Positions 10,506-20,500 of a stretch of 64,000 nucleotides of DNA are shown here, piece after piece. How positions within the stretch are numbered: the stretch's first letter is position 1; the number at the start of each line of letters is the position of its first letter. The position numbers and the translations under genes were made by a program. The notes under the pieces are model-generated. The model worked only from the letters and a program-made list of their open reading frames with translations, was not told where the DNA came from and ran no database searches. Origin of the DNA: a virus; IMG/VR virus record IMGVR_UViG_3300020281_000010. The stretch is one strand, 5' to 3'.

Positions 10506-10703
10506 ATGGAAGATAATGAATTCTATTGCGAGTGGAAGATGGGAATCCACGAACTTCGTGCATTCTACGATCATCTTAATTACTCGATCAAGATGTGGCC
10601 AGGTTCTCCTGCGAGACCCGCAGAAGAGCAGCAGTATCTTGAATATTGGAAGAAACAAACTTTTGCGATGATCTGTGAATATAACCTTACGGAAATCGAC
10701 TAA
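10506..10703 (+). CDS. Small hypothetical phage protein (65 aa)
   Basis: Fills the gap between two structural genes. Its stop overlaps the next ATG (TAATG coupling). Confidence 0.7.
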   Translation: MEDNEFYCEWKMGIHELRAFYDHLNYSIKMWPGSPARPAEEQQYLEYWKKQTFAMICEYNLTEID

Positions 10704-12439
10704 TGGCAGCAAATGGGAGTTACAATTCAGTAACAGACATACTAACAATTACAGGTGATGGTCTTCCAACTCCTGTAGTTCCTGGTACGTTCCCGAATAG
10801 TGATAATGCTAATACGATTACATCATATACTTTCTCCCATAACTTTACCTATAGAGGTGGGACAAACTCAACAACTTCAGGATCTCTTCCTGTAGGTATC
10901 GTTGGTCTTAGTGCCAATGGAGTTGCCATTTATAATCCTTCAGGTGGATCACTAGGAACTCCTCCACAAGGTTTCAACTGGGTTGCATCAGCAACAAATA
11001 CTGCTGTTGACTTTGGTGAAGACAACTGTGGTGGTTATCCTGAAACAACTGGACAATATCATTACCGTGACTCACATCTTCTGAATTGTTGGAAAGCAAA
11101 TCAGGTGATGGCAGGTTATAACGATTACTACGGTTCAACACAATATGAAGGTGACAATATGCGTCACCCTGATGGTCACTCTAAGATCATCGGTTTTTGC
11201 TTTGATGGGTATCCTATCTACGGACCATACGGATATGATAACCCGACTGATAATACATCAGAAGTCAAAATTATGGTCACAGGATATAAGATCCGTGATC
11301 AGATTGCTGTTAATAGACCTGCATATGATTCAACATACCCTAAAGGTGCATTTATTCAAGACTATGAATACAATGCAGACCTCACTGGAAGACATCTAGA
11401 TGCATATAACGGGCGTTTCTGTCATACTCCCGAATATCCGACTGGTACCTTTGCGTACTTTATGTCGATTCACGATGATCTTTCTGACGATAGAACTTTC
11501 GTTGTCACTGTTTCTGCAGAAGATGATGGCAACAAATACAGACTTGATGGCGTTTTATATCCTGACATAACCTTAACCAAAGGTTCTACCTATACATTTG
11601 ATCAGTCAGACCCCTCTAACGCCACACACAATATTCGTATCTCAGCGACCTTGAACGGACCTTGGAACCTAGGTACAGAATACACTTCAGGAGTGACATA
11701 TCACGGAACTCCTGGTCAGGCAGGTGCTAAAACTGTAATTACAGTTCCTCAAGATGCACCCGCTAATCTATATTATTACTGCCTGAATCATTCAGGTATG
11801 GCGAACAATGCGATCGGTACTGTGATCGCAGATATGAGTTATGAACCCAAGTTTCCATTCATCTTTGGTCTAGTATCAAAAGAACAAGTTAATGTTCCTG
11901 CTAACCAAGGCATCACACAAGAGCAGCAGCAGGGTGGTGGAGATCAAGGTGGTGACGATCCAGATCCACCTTCTTTGGTAATCTCTTTGCAACCAACCAA
12001 TGCTACTGTTAGCAATGGTGGTACTCAAACGTTTACCGTTCTAGCAGAGGTTCAACCACAAGCAGGAACTATTAACTACCAGTGGCAGGTCTCCACTGAT
12101 GGTGGTTTTGCTTGGTCTAATATTACTGGTGCAACATCCAACGTTTTATCCGTTGTAGCACTTTCTTGGATGACTGGGTATAGATATAGATGTGTGCTGA
12201 TAGGTCCTATTGGTGAACCTCAGCAAGCACAAAACTCTCCTCTATCCTCAAACCTCGCTATCTTAACTGTTACTGGTGGAACCAGTGGAGTAGATACGTC
12301 AGGTGTTTTGAAATGGGATAGTAATGTTGGACGTTATGATATGACTGCGGTTCCGCTTGATAGGGATAATAACAATCCTGATTTCACTAGGAACAACTTA
12401 AGATTTGACTTGACCAATTTCGAGTTCGACCTCACATAA
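10703..12439 (+). CDS. YHYH-family virion-associated protein with cupredoxin-like and Ig-like domains
   Basis: YHYH-family motifs GVAIYNP, GQYHYRDS, IIGFCFDGYPIYGPYGY and LDAYNGRF...PEYP.G.FAYF. Then LYYYCLNHSGM, and an Ig-like QPTNATVSNGGTQTF...YQWQ...YRYRC domain. Confidence 0.75.
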   Translation: MAANGSYNSVTDILTITGDGLPTPVVPGTFPNSDNANTITSYTFSHNFTYRGGTNSTTSGSLPVGIVGLSANGVAIYNPSGGSLGTPPQGFNWVASATNTAVDFGEDNCGGYPETTGQYHYRDSHLLNCWKANQVMAGYNDYYGSTQYEGDNMRHPDGHSKIIGFCFDGYPIYGPYGYDNPTDNTSEVKIMVTGYKIRDQIAVNRPAYDSTYPKGAFIQDYEYNADLTGRHLDAYNGRFCHTPEYPTGTFAYFMSIHDDLSDDRTFVVTVSAEDDGNKYRLDGVLYPDITLTKGSTYTFDQSDPSNATHNIRISATLNGPWNLGTEYTSGVTYHGTPGQAGAKTVITVPQDAPANLYYYCLNHSGMANNAIGTVIADMSYEPKFPFIFGLVSKEQVNVPANQGITQEQQQGGGDQGGDDPDPPSLVISLQPTNATVSNGGTQTFTVLAEVQPQAGTINYQWQVSTDGGFAWSNITGATSNVLSVVALSWMTGYRYRCVLIGPIGEPQQAQNSPLSSNLAILTVTGGTSGVDTSGVLKWDSNVGRYDMTAVPLDRDNNNPDFTRNNLRFDLTNFEFDLT

Positions 12440-12442
12440 ATA
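12436..12442 (+). promoter_or_regulatory. gp55-dependent late promoter (ATAAATA)
   Basis: T4-like late consensus about 25 nt upstream of the ATG at 12467. Confidence 0.7.
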
Positions 12443-12466
12443 AAACTGTAGAAAAACCCCACCGCT

Positions 12467-14143
12467 ATGGCTAAGCAAAATCTTAACATTGGTGTGTCAG
12501 CAAATGATGGCACTGGTGATACCCTAAGAGATGGTGCTATTAAACTCAACAACGTTATCAATGAGTTATATACCTTTCTTGGAGACAATACAAACCTGCA
12601 AATTAGTGTCGGAAGTCCGTCAACTAATCAGGTTCTAAAATGGAATGGTTCAGTATTCACTGAAGGTCAACTTTCTATTTCTAATCTTACCGATATTGAT
12701 GTTAGCGGTGTCAGTAACGGACAGGTTCTGAAGTGGAACGAAGCAAACGCTCGTTGGCAAGCAGGGGATGATCTACAAGGTGGTGGAGGCGGTGGTTCTT
12801 CAATAAGTAATCTTTCTAACAACGGATCGGGTAACGTTGTTATTGATACACATTTCCTTCCTAACTCAGATGCAACATACGATCTGGGTTCACCCTCACT
12901 GAAATTTAGAGACCTGTACCTCGATACATCTACCATTTGGATGGGAGATACTGGTATTTCTACTGATTCAGTAACACAAGAATTAAATCGTAGAAAGAGA
13001 CAAGAGCACACTGTTAATAGTATTGACACTGGTGCTACTCGTACTATTGCATCTAAACTTGCTTCTGAAGATTCTACACAAGAAGAGAAGTTTAGACTTA
13101 GATTCTCTGTAATGAAAGCAGGTACTAAGTTGCAAATTGAAGATGCTACTGGTGCCAAAGCAGCAGTCACATTCGGATCCTTTACTGCTGAAGCAGGTGG
13201 GGCACGTGGATATATAACAACAACTGCTGCAGGTGCTGATCAGTCACAAGAATTGTCTGTCGCTAGTGCTGTCAAGATTACATCCTACAACCGTATGGTT
13301 TCTGAGGATGAAGCAGGCAACATTGAGTTGGGTGGACAATCACTGAAGTTCGCTGCAGGTAAAGAACTTAAATTTGATGATGATGGAATCCTTGAACTTC
13401 CTTCAAACAGTTCTATTCGTTTTGGTGCTACTGGCTCTACGAAAGTCATTGCTATGGACAGTAGTGGCAATTTGGATCTTCCTGTTGGCACTGACATTCG
13501 CTTTGGTGGTGATGCTGCTAAATCAATCAAATTCGATGGATCTGGTAACCTCGAAGTTCCAGATACTGCAGAACTTCGTTTTGGATCTAGTGGAACTAAG
13601 AAACTAAAGTTTGATGCTAATGATAACTTAGAACTTCCTACTGATACAGAGATCAAGATTGGAACCAAGAGAATGAAGATTGGTACCAATGGTGAGTTGG
13701 AAATTGCAAACGATGGTACTACCTTTAATGAAGTTGGTGGAGGATTCCAATCTCAGATCAACAATGCTCCTATCGGATCATCAATCATTAAGGGACATAA
13801 TAACGTAACAATCCATAAACCTTCTCCTACTATCCTGTTCAGATTTACTGCTGCAGGACAATCAAGTTATACAGTACAAGGACCAGGGTTCCCTTCATCA
13901 GGTGCTACTAGTAGTCCTACTATCATTTTGTACCGTGGATTTACCTATGATTTGTATAACCAAGCAGGTGGTGCTCACCCACTAGCAATTAGAACATCGA
14001 ATGGTGGTTCTGCATACACAACTGGAATCACTGGTTCTAACACTGGTCTCCAGATCTTCACAGTCCCTATGGACGCACCTAATACTTTGTATTATCAGTG
14101 CACTATCCACCCAGGAATGATTGGAACCATTGACATTAGATAA
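12467..14143 (+). CDS. Baseplate/short-fibre protein with gp9/gp10-like N-terminus and C-terminal cupredoxin-like domain
   Basis: The N-terminus MAKQNLNIGVSANDGTGDTLRDGAIKLN resembles the T4 gp9/gp10 start. Also a fibre motif HFLPNSDATYDLGSPSLKFRDLY, ~21-23-aa repeats at 13365-13710, and C-terminal YYQCTIHPGMIG. Confidence 0.7.
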   Translation: MAKQNLNIGVSANDGTGDTLRDGAIKLNNVINELYTFLGDNTNLQISVGSPSTNQVLKWNGSVFTEGQLSISNLTDIDVSGVSNGQVLKWNEANARWQAGDDLQGGGGGGSSISNLSNNGSGNVVIDTHFLPNSDATYDLGSPSLKFRDLYLDTSTIWMGDTGISTDSVTQELNRRKRQEHTVNSIDTGATRTIASKLASEDSTQEEKFRLRFSVMKAGTKLQIEDATGAKAAVTFGSFTAEAGGARGYITTTAAGADQSQELSVASAVKITSYNRMVSEDEAGNIELGGQSLKFAAGKELKFDDDGILELPSNSSIRFGATGSTKVIAMDSSGNLDLPVGTDIRFGGDAAKSIKFDGSGNLEVPDTAELRFGSSGTKKLKFDANDNLELPTDTEIKIGTKRMKIGTNGELEIANDGTTFNEVGGGFQSQINNAPIGSSIIKGHNNVTIHKPSPTILFRFTAAGQSSYTVQGPGFPSSGATSSPTIILYRGFTYDLYNQAGGAHPLAIRTSNGGSAYTTGITGSNTGLQIFTVPMDAPNTLYYQCTIHPGMIGTIDIR

Positions 14144-14147
14144 GTAA

Positions 14148-16019
14148 ATGCCAAGATCAGTACCAGGAAGCGGAGCGATTATTGAACCAATCTTTAACAG
14201 CATCTATGGTGTTAGAGAGGTTTATGTGGTGGATGGTGGGAGTGGATATAATCCATCTGACCCTCCTCAACTTAAAGTCGGTAACTGTGGTACTCCAATC
14301 AGAGAAGCAGTCTTACAACCAGTAATATCAAATGGTCAGATTGCTTCAGTAAGAGTTTTGGATCCTGGCGAAGGATACGATCCATTTAGAATTGAATTGC
14401 AAACTGAAGGCGCAGGTCACGGTGCAGTAGCAAAAGCGATCCTGTATGAGCAGGATGAGGTTGCACCTGACGGTACTATCATTGCTCCTGCAGGATCTAT
14501 TCAATACATACAAGTTTTGTCTAACGGTGACGAGTATTTCTCATCTCCCACAACTGCTGAAGTAAAAGGTGGTGGTGGATCAGGTGCTGAACTTCGTCCT
14601 GTTGTTGGACTCGTTACTGGTTTGTCACTAGAAAATCCTGGTGCAAACTATGAATTGGGAGACATCAACTTAGTTGTCTCTGGTGGCGGGGGGCAAGGTG
14701 CAACTGGCGTTGCAGAGGTTGATGAATTTGGCGTTGTCAAATCTGTCGATGTTTCTAACGTTGGTGAGTTCTATGAAACTGCACCTACTATCTTACTCAA
14801 CGGTGGTGGTGGATCTGGTGCTGTTGCGAAAGCAAACATCAATCTAGGTTCAATTACATCTATTGATGTTGTCAACCCTGGTGGTGGATATTCGTCTGCA
14901 CCCTCAGTTCTGTTTACACGGAACACTGACTTGACTAAACAGTCAAGAAACCGTCAATCATTTAACTCTAACCTCTATAACATATCTGGTCTACTTGCAG
15001 ACGTAGACGAGAATGATCAAACCATCTATGTACAAACGACTGCTCCTTACCCTGGTTCGGGCAAAATTCTTATCGGTCGAGAAGTTATCAGATATACAGG
15101 TAAAACACTTACCTCATTCACTGGTTGCGACCGTGCTCTTAACTTCCGATATGATCAAAAGGTAACAGTTGATTCACTGGCAGATGTCGGCGGCGTTTCA
15201 GGATACAACTTTAATGTCGGAGACAGAGTTATTAGAACCACAGAAAGTTCTAGTAACAAAATTGCTAGGGTGTATGACTGGATTCCAGAACAGAGAGCAC
15301 TCTTCCTCGTTTTCGAGGTTGATGAACTTGCTTTTATTGACGGTGGATCCTCTCAAGTTAAGTCACAGGTTATTGACTTTACTGGTGGTGTTGCTTCAGC
15401 ATCTGCAACTGGTGTTGAACCACACGTCTTGATCGATGTTGCTGATGCAAGAATTATAACCTTGACTGTTCCTATCAGTTACATTCAAGATAAGGCATTC
15501 GAAGATGATGATGAAGTAGGTGGAGCGGGTGATGGCATCCCCGATTTGGTAAATACTAATACTGACTTTGAGAACGAGATCAGTCTTGATGGTGGTATCG
15601 CTTCCTCTCTGTATGGTATTGAAGAAACTGTTGGTGGTACAAATACCACTTTGTTTGCGGTTGGAGACCAAATGACTGATGGTTCCAATCCTCCATTATC
15701 TCCTACAGTATCTGTAGCAGGTGAACTGGGAGATGGTGATGTGCACCCTGCTGAGGTGCAATTTATTATGCGTAGCACTAATCCTGAAAATGGAAACTTT
15801 ACAGTTGATGAAACTGTTACAGGATCTATCACTGGTATTACTGCTACTGTGAAGTCTTGGGATTCAACATCTCGGACTCTGGTAGTTAAAACTGTAGTAG
15901 GAAATGCAGGTAACTTCCTTTGGAATAACAACGAAACCGTTACTGGTGGTTCGACAGGAACGGTAGGTACACCACTGAAAATTGAGTATCTCTCATACCT
16001 CAGAAACGAACCCGACTAA
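14148..16019 (+). CDS. Baseplate wedge protein, gp7-like (wedge initiator in cyanophage annotation)
   Basis: Repeated V....G.GY...P.V...GGGG.GA motifs typical of cyanophage wedge proteins. Lies immediately upstream of g8. Confidence 0.6.
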   Translation: MPRSVPGSGAIIEPIFNSIYGVREVYVVDGGSGYNPSDPPQLKVGNCGTPIREAVLQPVISNGQIASVRVLDPGEGYDPFRIELQTEGAGHGAVAKAILYEQDEVAPDGTIIAPAGSIQYIQVLSNGDEYFSSPTTAEVKGGGGSGAELRPVVGLVTGLSLENPGANYELGDINLVVSGGGGQGATGVAEVDEFGVVKSVDVSNVGEFYETAPTILLNGGGGSGAVAKANINLGSITSIDVVNPGGGYSSAPSVLFTRNTDLTKQSRNRQSFNSNLYNISGLLADVDENDQTIYVQTTAPYPGSGKILIGREVIRYTGKTLTSFTGCDRALNFRYDQKVTVDSLADVGGVSGYNFNVGDRVIRTTESSSNKIARVYDWIPEQRALFLVFEVDELAFIDGGSSQVKSQVIDFTGGVASASATGVEPHVLIDVADARIITLTVPISYIQDKAFEDDDEVGGAGDGIPDLVNTNTDFENEISLDGGIASSLYGIEETVGGTNTTLFAVGDQMTDGSNPPLSPTVSVAGELGDGDVHPAEVQFIMRSTNPENGNFTVDETVTGSITGITATVKSWDSTSRTLVVKTVVGNAGNFLWNNNETVTGGSTGTVGTPLKIEYLSYLRNEPD

Positions 16020-16026
16020 AACCCTC

Positions 16027-16033
16027 ATAAATA
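16027..16033 (+). promoter_or_regulatory. gp55-dependent late promoter (ATAAATA)
   Basis: Intergenic, about 22 nt upstream of the g8 ATG. Confidence 0.75.
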
Positions 16034-16055
16034 AAGAGAAGGTAGAAACTGTCCA

Positions 16056-17591
16056 ATGGCACTACTTACTGACCAATTTAGAATTTTTACTGCGGAAAAA
16101 TTCATCAAATCACTAGAAGGTCCTGACAAGAACCAGTCGGACATAGCGGCTGGTGCAAATAGGGATCGTCTATATGTGTACATTGGGCGTCCTCAAGAAT
16201 GGGATAACGAGAACAATCCTCCGACCCCCGTTGATTCTTTTCAGGAGTTTTCTGATTCATTCGATGATATGATCTCGATGAAGCGTGTTCTTGCGAACGA
16301 CGCTGTTCAGGTTATTCGTCGTATTGACTGGATCCCACCCGAACAAACCACTGGTGGTTTGGGTTATGTGTACGATATGTATCGTCACGATTATTCATCC
16401 AGTAAAACAGCATCTTCTGGTGCTACCAAACTATATGATGCTGACTTCTACGTTGTTAACTCATCTTATCAAACGTACAAGTGTATCTACAACGGTACAT
16501 CTCCAAGTGATCCTAACGGTAAACCTTCAACGGTTGAACCGACAGGTACATCTACATCTATTATCACAACTGCTGACGGTTATCGTTGGAAGTATATGTA
16601 CACGATCCCTGTGGGTCAGGTGCTGAAGTTCTTCTCAGGTGATTATATGCCTGTGTTGACAGATACTGCTGTTGTGTCTGATGCTGTTGGTGGTGAGATT
16701 GACACTGTTGTTATCCAATCTGCAGGTTCTGGATATAACAACGGTACATATGAAAACATCCCCATCAAGGGTGATGGTACTGGTGGAAGAATCTCTGTTG
16801 TGGTTGACGGTGGTCGTATCGTCTCTGCTACTGTAACTTCTGGTGGTGCTAACTATTCCTTCGGTAAGGTTATTATTGATGAGATCAACGGTATCGGTGC
16901 AGGTACTGGATCTGGTGGTGCTATCGACGTGATCATTCCTCCGAAAGGTGGACACGGTTCAGGTCCCCAAATTGAGTTGGGTGGTTTCCGTGTAATGATC
17001 AACACTAAGTTCACATACGATGAAGGTTCTGGTGATTTCCCAACTGATAACGATTACAGACGTATCGGTTTGGTTCTGAATCCTCTCAAGTTTGGAACTG
17101 AAGAATTGGCAGACGCTATCACTTTGTCTGCTACTAACGCTGTGATTTTCTCGCCCGACTTCACAGGTTCATTTAATACTGACGAAATTATTACACAGAC
17201 TCGTACTGTTGGTGGTCAACAGGTGACTGCTAGAGGTCGAGTTGTGTCTTGGAACTCCACAACAAAAGTTCTTAAGTATTACCAAAACAGAGTTGATGGT
17301 ATCTTCCCTGAAATCTCTGGTAATAAAACAGTCTTTGATGGTGGTAATACAGTTGTTGGTTCAGGTTCTGGTACTTCTGCCGACCCTGACATTAACTTCC
17401 CGATCGTTCCTGGTGAAGCAACTCGTGTTATTAACAACACTGAGTATGACCTAGGTATGTCATTCACATCTGGTTACGCCAAACCCGAGGTGAAAAAAGA
17501 CTCTGGAAAAGTGATCTACATAGACAATAGGAGAGCAATCTCCCGTGCAGGCGACCAAATTGAAGACATCAAGATCGTAGTAGAGTTCTAA
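16056..17591 (+). CDS. g8: Baseplate wedge subunit gp8
   Basis: gp8 motifs ALLTDQFRIFTAEKF, YVYIGRPQEW, VIRRIDW, YKCIYN, DGYRWKYMYTIP and YIDNRRAISR...Q.EDIKIVVEF. Confidence 0.9.
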   Translation: MALLTDQFRIFTAEKFIKSLEGPDKNQSDIAAGANRDRLYVYIGRPQEWDNENNPPTPVDSFQEFSDSFDDMISMKRVLANDAVQVIRRIDWIPPEQTTGGLGYVYDMYRHDYSSSKTASSGATKLYDADFYVVNSSYQTYKCIYNGTSPSDPNGKPSTVEPTGTSTSIITTADGYRWKYMYTIPVGQVLKFFSGDYMPVLTDTAVVSDAVGGEIDTVVIQSAGSGYNNGTYENIPIKGDGTGGRISVVVDGGRIVSATVTSGGANYSFGKVIIDEINGIGAGTGSGGAIDVIIPPKGGHGSGPQIELGGFRVMINTKFTYDEGSGDFPTDNDYRRIGLVLNPLKFGTEELADAITLSATNAVIFSPDFTGSFNTDEIITQTRTVGGQQVTARGRVVSWNSTTKVLKYYQNRVDGIFPEISGNKTVFDGGNTVVGSGSGTSADPDINFPIVPGEATRVINNTEYDLGMSFTSGYAKPEVKKDSGKVIYIDNRRAISRAGDQIEDIKIVVEF

Positions 17592-17595
17592 AACA

Positions 17596-20500
17596 ATGCC
17601 TCAGAATACCAATCTGAATATCGCCCCTTATTTCGACGATTTCGATAAGGCGAATAATTTTTACCGAGTGCTATTCCGCCCTGGGTATCCTATCCAAGCT
17701 CGTGAACTGACGACGCTTCAATCCCTGATGCAAAATCAGATTGAATCGTTTGGTACACATATGTTTAAGGATGGCAGTATGGTCATCCCTGGTCAGATTG
17801 GTTATGACCTTGATGCTAAGGCAGTTATCCTTCAGGGTTCATTCTTGGGTGCAGACGTTGAACAATATAGAAATCAAATTACGGGTACGATTGTTGAGGG
17901 TCTAACAACTGGTATTAAGGCAAAAGTTTTATTCAGTATTTCTTCTACTGAATCTGAGCGTGGTTATATTACCCTATACGTTAAATATCTGACATCTGGT
18001 GGTACTGATTCAGATACAAGAGAGTTCGTTAATAATGAACAGTTGGTTTGTGCTTCTGAAATTACTTACGGTTCATCTCTAATTGAGATCGGAACTCCAT
18101 TTGCACAGTTACTTCCTACAAACTCTACCGCTGTTGGTTCTACTGCTAGTATTGCTAATGGTGTTTACTTTATTAGAGGTCACTTTGTAGATGTAAACGA
18201 ACAAACTATTATTCTTGATCAATATACAAACAATCCTTCATATAGAATTGGTCTAGAAATCTTCGAATCTATTGTTACTCCTGAAGATGATCCAAGTCTA
18301 AATGATAATGCGACTGGTACATCTAACTATTCTGCTCCTGGTGCTCATAGATTTAGGATCAGAACCAGTCTAGTTAAAAAAGTTATCGATGATGATACTG
18401 ATAAAAACTTCATCGAACTTCTTAGAATTAGGAGATCAGCAGTAGAATCTTTTGTTGAAAGATCTGCATACAATGAACTAGCAAAAGAACTTGCTAGAAG
18501 AACATTTGACGAGTCTGGCGACTATACAGTTCGTGATTTCGATGTTCGTGTTAGAGAACATTATAATGATGGTGCGAATGGTGGTGTATATCTTCCTGGT
18601 GAGATTTCTCCTCAAGGTAATGCTGCATCGACTGCACACTATGCTGTAGAGATTGGACCTGGAAAGGCATATGTAAGAGGTTTTGAGTCTGAAACTCTTG
18701 TTCCAACTTTCATCGATTTGATGAAACCAAGGGATACTCTTGCTCTACAAAACTCAATCATCCCGTTTGAGTTGGGTCAGTATATGTTGATGAATAATGT
18801 ACAGGGTTCCCCTATCATCAACGGTAACAATATTACTGCAAACTACCAAGTTGTTGAGTTCAGAGATCAAGCACAAGGCAGTAATCTTTCTAGCAATGGA
18901 CAGATTGTTGCACTTGGTCGTATCGCTGCGTTTGAATATCACAGTGGTACAACTGTAAATGCAACTAGTACAATCTTCAAAGCATATGTTTTTGACCTAC
19001 AACCTCTAACAATCTTTAAGACTGATGCTGCAGTTACACTTACTCAGGGTCACGTTATTAGAGGTAGAACTTCTAAGGCAAAAGCATTTGTTGAAGCAGA
19101 TGTATCTGGTGGACAGATGTTCAAGGTATATCAGGTTTATGGTTCATTCAGAAATGGTGAGATTCTTGAGCGTGATGGTATTGAAATCGGTACTCTAAGC
19201 GATCACTTCGCGTTTGAGGTTACTGATGCACGTTCAATGATCGGTAGAGATCCAGATACAAACAATATTAGATTTGCTGCTGACCTGATGATGGATTCTC
19301 AGGTTGTTATTCTTGGTACTAACTTCAATGTTAGTTCTGGTGGTGCTACTGGTACATTGACTGGTACTCAATCTAATTTCACATTGGATGTCAGACCGAA
19401 TGATGTCTTTACTCAGAATGGTGTAAACTCACTTACTATTGATAGAATTAGCACTGCGTCAACCAATATTGATAATAAGATCACAACTGCAATTACTGCT
19501 ACTTACTCTAGCAATAATATTCCTGCAGGTGATTATGGATTCTTAGTTAGATTGCGTCCTCAAATCTATGATAGAGAGACTGCCGATCTTATGATCGAGA
19601 TGCCTAAAGAATCTATCAACAATATTAGTGATGAATCTGCAATCGTTGCACGTTCTTTTGATGACATCACAGTTACTGGTGCTAACGACTTTACGATCTC
19701 TCTACCTGCTGATGAACAGTTCCTTGCATATGATAAGGATCACTATCAGTTGGTATCTCTTGCACCTACCCCAGGTACACTGATTGACATCGAATCTAGT
19801 CTTGCCTTTAACAGCACTGGTACTCCTAGAACATCATTGACTGTTTCTGGTTTGACAGGTGTTACATCTTGTCGTTTGATTGCTTCTATCTCTAAAAACC
19901 AAGCAGAGAAGAAGTTGAAGAACGCTACTCAGATGGAAGTTATGAAGGTTGAAAGAACCAGTAATTCATCTGATAGAGTTAAGTATGGTCTTACATATGG
20001 TTCATTGTATGGAACTCGTATTGAAGACGAAGAGATTTCACTTGGATCAACAGACGTTTATAATATCCACGCTATCTACGAATCAACTGACAACGAAGCA
20101 GCACAGATTCCTAACTTGCAGATGCAAGATGCAACTATCTTCAAAGAAGGTACTATCATTGAAGGTCAGACATCTAAAGCAAAAGCACGTGTTGTAAACT
20201 TCAACGCTGTGTCTTATGTCTGCCATTTTGTATATGAAAACAATAATCAGTTTGTCTTAGGTGAAACCGTTCGTGGTTTTGATGCTAATGATGAAGTTAT
20301 TAACGGTCTAATTAACGATGCTGAAGGAAGCATCAATGGTGGATCTAAGAATATTACTGATGATTTCTTCCTTGATCCTAACCAGAAAGGTCACTTCTAT
20401 GATATTTCTAAGTTGGTAAGGTATGCAGGATCAACCAAACCTCTTAGAAAGTTGATGATTGTGTTTGATAGATTCACCCACGAAGCAACGGGTGACTATT

